From an uncultured bacterium (GTDB taxonomy: Bacteria > Omnitrophota > Gorgyraeia > Zapsychrales > Aceulaceae), in contig CALGLP010000004.1 in the NCBI GenBank assembly GCA_937930175.1, positions 2,163 through 66,162 on the forward strand: DNA of 64,000 nt. Direction: 5' to 3'. The first letter of the stretch is position 1. The number at the start of each line of letters is the position of its first letter. The notes below the pieces were generated by a model that was not told where the DNA came from, did no database searches, and saw only the letters and a program-made list of their open reading frames with translations. This document shows, piece after piece, positions 32,157 to 41,197 of the stretch. A program made the position numbers and the translations under genes.

Positions 32157-33833
32157 ACCTTGACGCTCAGGCGAACTTCGAGCGTTCGATACAGTAACAA
32201 GCGCCTTGCAGGCATCCCCTGCAGGGCGCTTGTCATTTTTAGGGGCTTTTTGGGTCTCCGGGGCGGGCAGGCTGCATGAAATGCTGTCAACGGTGGGCTG
32301 GTCTATATACATTTTGATTTCGATATAATCCTTGTAAACGACGATTTCCTTGATCATGGCTTGTATAAGGCTCTTCTGGGCTTCCGGAGGGGCCTTTTCG
32401 ATATATTGCATGGCAAACCTAAGGTTTGAGTGCAAGAATTGCCCCGAGCTTGCCGACATTTGAGCCACGTTCTTTTTAGCCTGCAGTTTTTCCAGCTCGT
32501 CTTCTAGCCTGACAATCTCCTCATCAAGCCTCGCCATCTTGTCCTTGTAAGTCTTCCCTTGCGATATCCTGTTGTCCATAGCCAGTTCAAGAAGCCTGTT
32601 CGCTTCCTGTTTGGTCTCTTCAAGTTTCTCCTGGAGAGGCTTCATCATTTTCTCAAGGGCCTCGAGTTTTATCTGGGAATCAAGGATTGCGTCTCCGATC
32701 GCCTTTACGATGATGTCCTGATCAGTAGATGCCCGCTTGAAATAATCGATAAGCGCCTCATCAAAGCCCCTGGCAGAGAACCTAGACACATCACAGCCTA
32801 ATTTCTGCTTGGACCTGCCGCATACATAATAAAAGAATTTCTCAGCTGCCTGGCCGTTGCCGCTTTCGCAGACATAGTGGCTTCCGCATTCGCCGCACTT
32901 AAGGAGCCCGGCTAAGAGGTAGATATACTCCGGGGTCTGTTTTATAAAGCGATGCCCGGGAAGTTTTGCGGTGAGGACCCGGTTTGCCTTTAACCATAAC
33001 TCTTCGTCCACAATAGCAGGATGAGTGCCTTTGTGGATCTCCTTGCCGTATTTTATATAACCCTTGTGAAATTGATTCTTTATAATCCAGGCAATGCTCT
33101 GCTTGCGCCAGACTTTACCCGTAGGAGTCTTTATGCCTCTGCGGATTAACTCCTGTCCGATATCATAAAGCGACTTGTTATTAGCGGCCATCTCCCAGAT
33201 AAAGCGCAGCTTATTTCCTGTTTCAGGATCGACAATAATTTTATGCGGCTGCCTGCCGTTTGGAAGAGGCGCGCCGTCTGGTATCAATTTATAACCGAAG
33301 GGCACGTTGCCACCAACCCACCTGCCTTGTCGCACCCTGGCAACGCAGGAGGCCTTCACGCGCTCGCCGATGAGCTCCCGCTCAAAAGCCGATAGAATAC
33401 CGAGTATGCCGATTACTACCCTGCCTATGGCAGTTGAGCTATCAAGGTTTTCGCGTACGGATACGAAAGCGATCTCTTTGGAGTTGAATAGATCAATAAG
33501 CCAGTAGAGGTCACGGGTATTGCGGGTTAAGCGGTCAAGACGGAAGAAGATTATTCCGTCAAACGCGGCAGTTTTTCTGCGCACGTGGTCAATAATCATC
33601 TGGATGCCGGGTCTGTTGAGATCCTTGCCGGAATAGCCGTCGTCTTTTACCACGCCTTTATTGCCTATATCGGCAAGCTCATGCCCGAACGCATCCAGCA
33701 GATTCCTGCAGTGGTAGGTCTGGGCATCCAGGGTAGTAAAATCTCCCTGGGCCTGGTCGTCGGTAGAGCAGCGCGTATATATAACGTAGCGTTTTTTCTT
33801 ACGGGTATTATCTGTTTTAACATTCATAGCCAT
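32094..33833 (-). CDS. Large serine recombinase (phage integrase)
   Basis: 579 aa; resolvase catalytic domain (YTRCSTDDQ), recombinase domain, Cys-rich zinc ribbon, coiled coil; 3' end overlaps tRNA-Gln. Confidence 0.85.
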   Translation of the reverse strand: MAMNVKTDNTRKKKRYVIYTRCSTDDQAQGDFTTLDAQTYHCRNLLDAFGHELADIGNKGVVKDDGYSGKDLNRPGIQMIIDHVRRKTAAFDGIIFFRLDRLTRNTRDLYWLIDLFNSKEIAFVSVRENLDSSTAIGRVVIGILGILSAFERELIGERVKASCVARVRQGRWVGGNVPFGYKLIPDGAPLPNGRQPHKIIVDPETGNKLRFIWEMAANNKSLYDIGQELIRRGIKTPTGKVWRKQSIAWIIKNQFHKGYIKYGKEIHKGTHPAIVDEELWLKANRVLTAKLPGHRFIKQTPEYIYLLAGLLKCGECGSHYVCESGNGQAAEKFFYYVCGRSKQKLGCDVSRFSARGFDEALIDYFKRASTDQDIIVKAIGDAILDSQIKLEALEKMMKPLQEKLEETKQEANRLLELAMDNRISQGKTYKDKMARLDEEIVRLEDELEKLQAKKNVAQMSASSGQFLHSNLRFAMQYIEKAPPEAQKSLIQAMIKEIVVYKDYIEIKMYIDQPTVDSISCSLPAPETQKAPKNDKRPAGDACKALVTVSNARSSPERQGWLPRMDSNHDSKIQNLESYH

Positions 33834-33906
33834 AAACTTTCCACCGCATTTAACTCAGGCACCCGCCAGGCAGAAGGCACTCTCCTGCCTGGCGTCGCTA
33901 AAACAG

Positions 33907-34251
33907 TTATGCCTGGGCTTTCTGCTTTTTGCCTTTGCCCCAGCCAGCCTTCCATCTGGTCACAGCCCCAGCCACAATAGCATCAACAGCTTTCTGGTCG
34001 CCGATGTTCTTGAGAACGTCGGTGAGTTCCTGCTTGTTAAGCACCCGAAAATTCTTAACTCCGCGCTGCTTAGCTGTCAGCATTAGCTCGTTGCGTGTGC
34101 TGCCTGCCGCTAAGACAATACCTTCCTTAGGCGACGGAGAATTATCAACCGACGCCTTGGCTTTTTGAGTTTTTGGTTTCTTCTTGCCGTAATGCTTGGC
34201 GTGAAGTTTGTGCAAAAACTCCCGGTCTTTCTTTTTCTGCTCTGCGGTCAT
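33907..34251 (-). CDS. Lysine-rich small protein with Rho_N-like helix-extended-helix motif
   Basis: 114 aa; ELMLTAKQRGVKNFRVLNKQELTDVL resembles the Rho N-terminal domain; cotranscribed upstream of the integrase. Confidence 0.35.
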   Translation of the reverse strand: MTAEQKKKDREFLHKLHAKHYGKKKPKTQKAKASVDNSPSPKEGIVLAAGSTRNELMLTAKQRGVKNFRVLNKQELTDVLKNIGDQKAVDAIVAGAVTRWKAGWGKGKKQKAQA

Positions 34252-34382
34252 GTGGTTTCACCCCCTTTCAGGTTTTTGGACACCCCAACCCTATAACAAA
34301 ACCCCTACAAGTCAAGAGGAATCGATGCATAGGCGCCCTATGTATATATCCCGTTTTTTTTCGCAAAATGTCCCATTTTTAT

Positions 34383-34414
34383 TGGGACAAATTGCAGAAA
34401 AAATCGGGATATGT
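34383..34414 (+). promoter_or_regulatory. Phage early promoter-like motif, copy 1 (TGGGACAAATTGCAGAAAAAATCGGGATATGT), preceded by palindrome GTCCCA-TTTTTAT-TGGGAC
   Basis: Near-identical copy at 35349-35380, each about 15 nt upstream of a start codon. Confidence 0.4.
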
Positions 34415-34429
34415 AAGTAGAGGTGGAAT

Positions 34430-34645
34430 ATGGGGCAGACCATAAAGAACAATTTCAATAAGCGATTCGGAGGTCGGATTCGGATTGTCTACGCGCAGAA
34501 AGTATCCGCGTTAGAAAGGCAAATCCTTAATGAGAGGCTCTGCAAGGCAATGATAGAAGTGCTTACCGGAATTTTAGGCAGAGAGCCGACCCAGCGGGAG
34601 TTGCTGGGCATCGATGACCTCGCGAAAGCAATAAAGCATAAATAG
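34430..34645 (+). CDS. Hypothetical early phage protein
   Basis: 71 aa; first plus-strand gene after the divergent region. Confidence 0.3.
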   Translation: MGQTIKNNFNKRFGGRIRIVYAQKVSALERQILNERLCKAMIEVLTGILGREPTQRELLGIDDLAKAIKHK

Positions 34646-34761
34646 AGATACCTCTGTATATATTTATGAGACCTCCGTGATTTACTTGGCCTCTCTAAAA
34701 GGCTAACGTTAGTAAGGGCTCATTTAAAGACACCTCAAGAAATAAAAAAAGGAGGTGTCTC

Positions 34762-35334
34762 ATGAGTCTCAATTACGGGAAGTTATTTGAGAGCTGGGAG
34801 CTTGCCACCGCGAAGTCAATAATCAATGAATACAGAGAGAAGTATAAATATTTAAGACAGGAAAGCTTTGATGATCTTTTGCAGGATTGTCTTATCTGCT
34901 GGCTGGACCTGCGGGAGCGATACGATCCTGGTCGCGAAGCGTCAAAGAAAACTTTTATGGCCGGGGTCATTAAGAAAGAGCTTGAGAAAATCGCCGAAAA
35001 GCTTAAGGCACATAAGCGAAAGACGATTTTTGAAGCAGTCTCTCTGGATGAGCCCCTTAATGATGACGAAGTCGAGTCCACCTTAAAAGATAAGATTCCC
35101 GAAGACAGGGACGCCCCGCCACAAACCGAAACGGACCTCAAGATAGAAATTTCCAAGGTATATCAAAAACTTACTCCCCAGCAAAAGAAGCTATGCAGAC
35201 TGTTGAGCGATGAAGACCTCAGCATAAAAGAGGTCTGCAAGCAGTTTGGCAAACAAAAGAGCAGTATATACAGAGAAATATCCCGAATTCGGGAGATCTT
35301 CGAGAGGGAAGGCCTTAAAGATTACCTGAAATAA
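34762..35334 (+). CDS. ECF-like sigma-70 family sigma factor (phage-encoded)
   Basis: Region 2-like FDDLLQDCLICWLDLRERYDP and region 4 HTH LSIKEVCKQFGKQKSSIYREISRIREIF. Confidence 0.5.
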   Translation: MSLNYGKLFESWELATAKSIINEYREKYKYLRQESFDDLLQDCLICWLDLRERYDPGREASKKTFMAGVIKKELEKIAEKLKAHKRKTIFEAVSLDEPLNDDEVESTLKDKIPEDRDAPPQTETDLKIEISKVYQKLTPQQKKLCRLLSDEDLSIKEVCKQFGKQKSSIYREISRIREIFEREGLKDYLK

Positions 35335-35348
35335 TTTTTCAAAAAGGG

Positions 35349-35380
35349 TGGGACATTTTCAGGAAAAAATCGGGATATGT
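35349..35380 (+). promoter_or_regulatory. Phage early promoter-like motif, copy 2 (TGGGACATTTTCAGGAAAAAATCGGGATATGT)
   Basis: Shares 17/17 nt AAAAAATCGGGATATGT with copy 1. Confidence 0.4.
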
Positions 35381-35397
35381 GTATGGAGGCAAATTAA

Positions 35398-35673
35398 ATG
35401 ACCGATGTGTGCAAATTCAAATTTCAGGAAAAGGTAGGCAAGAAGACGATTGATAAGCAGATCGCCCGTGCCATTGAGACCGCGGAATACACCTTCGGCC
35501 AGGCCAAGGTGCGGCTTCATGCCGGGTATCTGGCCACAGACGATAAGGCGGTCATTGATGTCTCAAGCGAAGTCGGTGAATACATCGCCCAGATATTTAT
35601 CGGCCTTATGACCCGGCAGCTCGGCGAGGACAAATTCACCGTGGAAAGAATAAGGAGGAGCGAAGAGCCATGA
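35398..35673 (+). CDS. Hypothetical phage protein
   Basis: 91 aa. Confidence 0.3.
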   Translation: MTDVCKFKFQEKVGKKTIDKQIARAIETAEYTFGQAKVRLHAGYLATDDKAVIDVSSEVGEYIAQIFIGLMTRQLGEDKFTVERIRRSEEP

Positions 35674-35852
35674 AAGTTATTCAGGGACTAAAGAAACTCT
35701 ATAAAAGCTTGAGTTGGTATAACCGCGATAGACTTGTCGAGGCAAACCGGCCGTTTGGCAAGGATCCAAAAGAATTCATAAGGATACTGATTTGGCTTTT
35801 TGCAATTTCATCGATCATTATCGGCATCCTTTTAATTATCGGAAGGCGGTAG
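35670..35852 (+). CDS. Small membrane protein
   Basis: 60 aa; one TM helix. Confidence 0.25.
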   Translation: MKVIQGLKKLYKSLSWYNRDRLVEANRPFGKDPKEFIRILIWLFAISSIIIGILLIIGRR

Positions 35853-35858
35853 AGAGCA

Positions 35859-36104
35859 ATGGATGATGGTCAAGGAGACTTATTCTTATCCAAGGAAAAG
35901 CAGCTCTTAAATTGGTGTAAGCAAAAGAGGGTTTTCTCTAAAGCTGAAGTCATCTCCTTTGGCACTAAGAATTATTATCTCCGGGCCGATAGGACAATAA
36001 GGGATTTTGTCCGCAGGGGCATAGTAAGAAAAATAAGCAAGGAAGAATGCATCCGGCGGAACCTCAAGGGCAAGATGGCCTGGTATGAGTTTGCATCTTC
36101 TTAA
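35859..36104 (+). CDS. Hypothetical phage protein
   Basis: 81 aa. Confidence 0.3.
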   Translation: MDDGQGDLFLSKEKQLLNWCKQKRVFSKAEVISFGTKNYYLRADRTIRDFVRRGIVRKISKEECIRRNLKGKMAWYEFASS

Positions 36105-36116
36105 AAGAGTATTTTT

Positions 36117-36542
36117 ATGGGAAGCGAAAAGATAGATATCAGGGATTTGCGCGACGGCAAATTCCTTTGGATAGATAAGGCAGCATTAAGACTCATTAGT
36201 GAGAATGCTGGGACAATGGGCGTAGCTGTTTACTCATGGCTTTGTTATTACGCTAATTTTAAGGCGCAGGACTGTTTTCCGTCTATTACTACACTGGCAT
36301 ATCACTGCGGAGTATCCAGGCGCACGATCATGCGGGCAGTGAAGCAGCTTGAGCGGCTAAAAGCTGTCTCAATTGAAAGGAAGAAGGGCAAGCCGAATAT
36401 TTATAAGCTGCTTAATATTTCCGCAGTCAAAAGTTATCCACAACCAAGTAGTGACATTGATGTCACCAGTGACAGGGCTGTCACTGGGGTAGTGACACAG
36501 GCGTCACCAGAGGTAGTGACTGGCGTGTCACACGAACAATAG
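36117..36542 (+). CDS. HTH replication-initiator-like protein
   Basis: 141 aa; winged-helix segment ITTLAYHCGVSRRTIMRAVKQLERL; iteron array embedded in its 3' end. Confidence 0.45.
   Translation: MGSEKIDIRDLRDGKFLWIDKAALRLISENAGTMGVAVYSWLCYYANFKAQDCFPSITTLAYHCGVSRRTIMRAVKQLERLKAVSIERKKGKPNIYKLLNISAVKSYPQPSSDIDVTSDRAVTGVVTQASPEVVTGVSHEQ
36450..36535. repeat. Iteron array: about 8 alternating GTGAC/GTCAC motifs; candidate phage replication origin
   Basis: AGTGACATTGATGTCACCAGTGACAGGGCTGTCACTGGGGTAGTGACACAGGCGTCACCAGAGGTAGTGACTGGCGTGTCACAC. Confidence 0.5.
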
Positions 36543-36805
36543 ATATATAACAAGAGATAACTATCAAAAGATAGTAGTAGAGGCTGTGAAATTGTGAATA
36601 ACTCTGGTTTGTTCTTAAAAGAAAGCTTGCGGGTCCTTCCAAGGGGGTGTGCGGCGCGGGTCGGGCGAGGCGCGGGCTTTCAGTGATTAGGGCTTAAAAA
36701 ATTGATGTCAATGTCAATGAAAATGGGTCCTACCCGAAAAGGGCGGAGGACTATCTTTTTCATTTAACTATATATCTATTAAAGGGTTAGAAAAAGGAGG
36801 ATAGA

Positions 36806-38113
36806 GTGGCAAAGATTAACATAAAGCCCGAAATTAGTGACATAAAGTTATCAGAAATAAAGCCCGCCCCATATAATCCGCGGGAGATTACGAATGAGGC
36901 GCTTTCGGGCCTGCGGCATAGCCTGGAAAAGTTTGGCTATGTAGACTTACTGGTAGTCAATAAGCGCAACATGCATATCATCTCAGGGCATCAGCGGTAT
37001 AGGATTTTGCAGGCAGAGGGCGTTGCGACCGCACCGGCTATCTTGGTCGACGTTGATGAAATTCAAGAACAGGCAATGAATGTTACGCTCAATAACCAAG
37101 AGATTGCTGGTCAATGGACGCAGGCGCTTATCCCGCTTTTAGAGAAGTTGCGCAATGAGGCGGCTGATGATTACCTTGCCTTAAGGCTTAAGAATTTACG
37201 GGACAGTGTCGGAGACATGGGAGTTGAGAATTTAGGAGACGGTAAGACGCTTCCGGATGATATTCCTGAACCGCCTAAAGAGGCGATTACTAAAAAAGGC
37301 GACCTTTGGATTATGGGCGAACACAGGCTTCTCTGCGGCGATTCTACAAACGAAAGCGATGTGGCGCGGCTTATGGATAATCAAAAGGCAAGCTTGTTTG
37401 CTACGGATCCGCCCTATTGCGTTGATTATACCGGAGCCGACAGGCCTACCGGCGGCCACGACTGGTCCGGAGTTTATCATGAAGTCGATATTCCGGATGC
37501 TAAGGAATTCATAAAGAAGTTTTATGTAGTGGGCCTTAAGCATATCAAAGAAAATACCGCACTCTATCTTTGGCATGCTTCAAAACGAAGAGGCATGATT
37601 GAGAATATCTGCGACGAGCTGGGCATTCTCCTTCACCAGCAGATTATATGGGTTAAGCCTTGCGCGGTATTAACATATTCGTTTTATTCTTGGCGCCATG
37701 AGCCCTGTCTTCTTATGTGGGTTAAAGGACAAAAACCACCCTATAAGCCAAAAGACAAATCTATCGGCAGCGTGTGGATGATTGATTTCTTGCGCTCAGG
37801 TGATCCTGCTCAAGCCGAATATCATACTGATGTCTGGGAGCTTGATTGGGAAGGCAAGAAACGCAACCCAGGTCTGCATCATCCAACAGTTAAACCTACG
37901 GAGGTATTCGCTATTCCTATGCGCGTGCATACGTCGCCCGGAGAAATCTGTTACGAGCCGTTTAGCGGGTCTGGTTCGCAGATCATTGCAGCTGAACGGT
38001 TAAATAGGCGCTGCTATGCGATGGAGATCGAGCCTATCTTTTGCGACGTGGCCGTCAAGAGATGGGAGGAATTTTCAGGAAGGAAGGCGCATAGAGAAGA
38101 TAGCAATGGATGA
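36806..38113 (+). CDS. ParB-like nuclease domain fused to a DNA methyltransferase (DPPY motif)
   Basis: N-terminal ParB/Srx-like domain; LFATDPPY (motif IV) and FSGSGS (motif I) in beta-class order; GTG start after RBS AAAAAGGAGG. Confidence 0.7.
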   Translation: MAKINIKPEISDIKLSEIKPAPYNPREITNEALSGLRHSLEKFGYVDLLVVNKRNMHIISGHQRYRILQAEGVATAPAILVDVDEIQEQAMNVTLNNQEIAGQWTQALIPLLEKLRNEAADDYLALRLKNLRDSVGDMGVENLGDGKTLPDDIPEPPKEAITKKGDLWIMGEHRLLCGDSTNESDVARLMDNQKASLFATDPPYCVDYTGADRPTGGHDWSGVYHEVDIPDAKEFIKKFYVVGLKHIKENTALYLWHASKRRGMIENICDELGILLHQQIIWVKPCAVLTYSFYSWRHEPCLLMWVKGQKPPYKPKDKSIGSVWMIDFLRSGDPAQAEYHTDVWELDWEGKKRNPGLHHPTVKPTEVFAIPMRVHTSPGEICYEPFSGSGSQIIAAERLNRRCYAMEIEPIFCDVAVKRWEEFSGRKAHREDSNG

Positions 38114-38732
38114 AAAAAGTCAGAACTTAATAGAGATTGCCCGCAAAAAACGCTACATCTCCCTCGTTGAGAAACTGCAGCGAGGAACGCTATCAGCCAA
38201 GGAGCTTAAGGAGCTCGAGGAGTTTGAAAGATCCGAGCACAAAAAAGAAAGTAATGTACTTGATGGGACGGTTGACCTCGGGACAATTTCAGTATTCTTA
38301 GAGAAATCTCCCCGCATGGTCCGGCGTTACATAAAGCAGGGACTGCCGGTTATCCGGGATTCACAGGGAGAAATCTATCGTTTTAAAGTCAGCGATGTCT
38401 TCAAGTGGTTTTATGCTTCGCAAAATCCCGAAGACGGCAGCAAAGATTATTGGGAAAATGAATACCGCAAGAACCGCGCCAAATTAAGCGAGCTTGAATT
38501 AAAGCAAAAAGAAGGCGAGCTTATTCCTTTCGCAGATCACGCTTCATTAATCAAAAATCAGATCAGGGGTATCAGGGCAGGTTTTTTGAGATTACCAAAA
38601 TACATTGCACCTAAGTTGTACCAGCAGGAGCCGAAGGTTATTTGCGAGATGCTGGACGCAGAGCTTCGCTATATCATCAATCAGTTTGCAGGAGTGAAAA
38701 GTGGGGATAAAGATAGCCAAAGCAATAGTTAA
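38106..38732 (+). CDS. Putative terminase small subunit
   Basis: 208 aa charged helical protein immediately upstream of and overlapping the large terminase; start ATG 38106. Confidence 0.45.
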   Translation: MDEKSQNLIEIARKKRYISLVEKLQRGTLSAKELKELEEFERSEHKKESNVLDGTVDLGTISVFLEKSPRMVRRYIKQGLPVIRDSQGEIYRFKVSDVFKWFYASQNPEDGSKDYWENEYRKNRAKLSELELKQKEGELIPFADHASLIKNQIRGIRAGFLRLPKYIAPKLYQQEPKVICEMLDAELRYIINQFAGVKSGDKDSQSNS

Positions 38733-40551
38733 TACTGTTTTGCCTTATGCGGCGGAGGAATGGGTTTTGCCTAATAAGATGACGGTGAGTGAATGGGCGG
38801 ATGCATTCAGGCGGCTCGACGTGAAAACTTCTGCAGAGCCAGGGCAATGGTCAACAACCAGGACGCCGTATTTAAAAGGGATTATGGATGCGTTCACGGA
38901 TCCGTTTGTTGACGAAATAACGGTTATGGCAGCATCTCAAGTTGGGAAGACTGAAGCGATGTATAACATGCTGGGCTATGTCATTGACCAGGATCCGGGG
39001 CCGACGCTTATGGTCTCACCCCGGGCCGATGACGCAAAGAGCGTTTCGTATAATAGAGTCCGTCCAATGATTGAAGTTTCCCCTATATTAAATAAATATC
39101 TTCCTGAGAATCTCGATGATATCACGAAACTCGAATATCATTTTGACCGCATGATTCTTTATTTTGCAGGATCCAACAGCCCGGCCGATCTTGCATCGCG
39201 GCCTATCCGTTATCTGTTTTTAGACGAGGTTGATAAATATCCGAAATTTTCGGGCCGCGAGGCAGACCCGATAAAACTTGCCTCAGAAAGGCAGAAAACC
39301 TTTTGGAATAAAAAGACGATCAAGGTTTCAACGCCGACTACGCGCGAAGGATATATCTTCAGGGAATATGAGAAATCAGACCAGAGGCGATTTTATGTAC
39401 CATGCCCTCATTGCGGCAAACTGCAGGTTTTGTTATTTGGCCAGATTAAATGGCCGAGAGAGGAATCTTCGCCCGAGAGGATTAAGAATGAACGACTAGC
39501 ATGGTATGAATGTTTTCATTGCGGCAAGAAGATAGAAGACTCGCAAAAGCAGAAGATTATGTTAAGCGGTGAATGGATTCCAGAGAAGAAAGAAAAAAGC
39601 AGAAACCGCGGGTTTTGGGTAAGTTCTCTTTATTCTCCCTGGCTTACATGGAGTGACATCGCCTCGGAGTTCTTAAAATCAAAAGACTATATCGAGCTTT
39701 TAATGAACTTCGTCAATTCCTGGCTGGCAGAGGTTTGGGAAGAGAAAATCGAAGAGACAACAGTAGATAAGGTGCGCAACCTTGCCCGTGACTATGATGA
39801 GGGAGTTGTGCCGGATGAAGTTTTGGTTTTAACTGCAGGCGTGGATGTGCAGAAGGATCACTTTTATTTTGTGATACGCGGCTGGGGATATTACGAAGAA
39901 TCGTGGCTTATCCGCGCAGGCAGAGCTGAATATTGGGATGATCTGGTAGAAACCCTATTTAAAACAGAATACAAAAGATTATCTTCAGACGAAACCCTAG
40001 GTATCTATATGTCATGTATTGATTCAGGATTTCGAACGGATGAAGTATATCGTTTTTGCCGGAGCTGGGCCGATAAGACAAAAGCGATAAAGGGAGTTGA
40101 AGAAATCAGCGGAGGCAGATTTTACCGCGCAAACAAAATAGATATCAATTCGCGCACCGGCGCAGTTATCCCATGCGGGCTTGTCTTATGGCATTTAAAC
40201 GTAACACAATATAAGGATAAAATTAACCGGCTTATTACTTCCCGGGATCCGGTCAAGTGGCACATCTTTAAAAACCCAAGCGAGGAGTATCTGACTCAGT
40301 TTGCTTCTGAGCATAAGATATTGATACGCAACCGCACGACCGGCCGGGCAAAGGAAGTTTGGCAGAAAAAGAAAGAAGCAGCGGCAAATCACTTCCTTGA
40401 CGCCGAGGTTTACGCTTTAGCTGCGGCGGATATTATCCGCGCCTTGAATATCCGCAAGGACGGCGCCGTGAGAGTTTACCAGCCGAAAGCTAAAGAGCAT
40501 GAGCATTCAAGGGAAGATTGGATCCGGAAAAGGGAAGGGTCTTGGCTTTAA
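38701..40551 (+). CDS. Terminase large subunit, lambda GpA family
   Basis: 616 aa; Walker A MAASQVGKTE; Cys-x2-Cys pairs; GpA-like nuclease C-terminus. Confidence 0.85.
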   Translation: MGIKIAKAIVNTVLPYAAEEWVLPNKMTVSEWADAFRRLDVKTSAEPGQWSTTRTPYLKGIMDAFTDPFVDEITVMAASQVGKTEAMYNMLGYVIDQDPGPTLMVSPRADDAKSVSYNRVRPMIEVSPILNKYLPENLDDITKLEYHFDRMILYFAGSNSPADLASRPIRYLFLDEVDKYPKFSGREADPIKLASERQKTFWNKKTIKVSTPTTREGYIFREYEKSDQRRFYVPCPHCGKLQVLLFGQIKWPREESSPERIKNERLAWYECFHCGKKIEDSQKQKIMLSGEWIPEKKEKSRNRGFWVSSLYSPWLTWSDIASEFLKSKDYIELLMNFVNSWLAEVWEEKIEETTVDKVRNLARDYDEGVVPDEVLVLTAGVDVQKDHFYFVIRGWGYYEESWLIRAGRAEYWDDLVETLFKTEYKRLSSDETLGIYMSCIDSGFRTDEVYRFCRSWADKTKAIKGVEEISGGRFYRANKIDINSRTGAVIPCGLVLWHLNVTQYKDKINRLITSRDPVKWHIFKNPSEEYLTQFASEHKILIRNRTTGRAKEVWQKKKEAAANHFLDAEVYALAAADIIRALNIRKDGAVRVYQPKAKEHEHSREDWIRKREGSWL

Positions 40552-40808
40552 TGGGGCGATGGCTTGAGAGAAAACCTAACTGGCTGAAAAATGTAGACCG
40601 TAATGATTCTGTTGAGCCGCAAAGAAATTTAGGCGGCAGGCCGCAGAATGAGTCAAAAGATTACGGAGTCAGATTTATTCCCTTAAAATGCCCCAAGTGT
40701 AAAAGCAAAGATATTAAATGTTATTCCAGCCATCCGCCGGTTAGATATCATATCTGCCAGAAATGCGGCCATAATTTCAAATCTGTTGAGGCTGAAGAGG
40801 ATGGATAG
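40518..40808 (+). CDS. Zinc-ribbon small protein
   Basis: CPKCKS...CQKCGH four-Cys ribbon. Confidence 0.3.
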   Translation: MDPEKGRVLALMGRWLERKPNWLKNVDRNDSVEPQRNLGGRPQNESKDYGVRFIPLKCPKCKSKDIKCYSSHPPVRYHICQKCGHNFKSVEAEEDG

Positions 40809-40928
40809 TTTTTACTAATTTGTAGTAACGACTATCTTGTCAATTACAGGGTTTCAAGTAATATAGAGTTAAAGAATATTTGCGCTAAAAGGTTGGCCGC
40901 CTTTATAAGCGCCCCAATAGTTTTATTA

Positions 40929-40966
40929 AGCCCGTTACCGTGCACGGCGGTGGCGGGCTTTTTTAT
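40929..40966 (+). terminator. GC-rich hairpin plus T-run between the packaging and head modules
   Basis: AAGCCCGTTACCGTGCACGGCGGTGGCGGGCTTTTTT. Confidence 0.45.
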
Positions 40967-40987
40967 TGGGTAAAATTGGAGGTTTAT

Positions 40988-41197
40988 GTGAGCGCGCCTA
41001 CAAAACAGGAAATGCTCGATGCTATTGAAACTGCTATCAACGGGTTAAGTTCAGGCGTGAAGTCATACACGATAAACGGCAGGACTATGACTTACCGCGA
41101 TATCGCAGACTTAAAACAAATGCGCGATCAGCTCAAGAAAGAAATGTCTCCCACATCAGATCGCACAACATACGCCTCTTTTAAGGATCCGTCATGA
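40988..41197 (+). CDS. Head-tail joining protein, gpW-like
   Basis: 69 aa from GTG 40988 after RBS GGAGG; lambda W size and position; YTINGRTMTYRDIADLKQMRDQL. Confidence 0.45.
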   Translation: MSAPTKQEMLDAIETAINGLSSGVKSYTINGRTMTYRDIADLKQMRDQLKKEMSPTSDRTTYASFKDPS

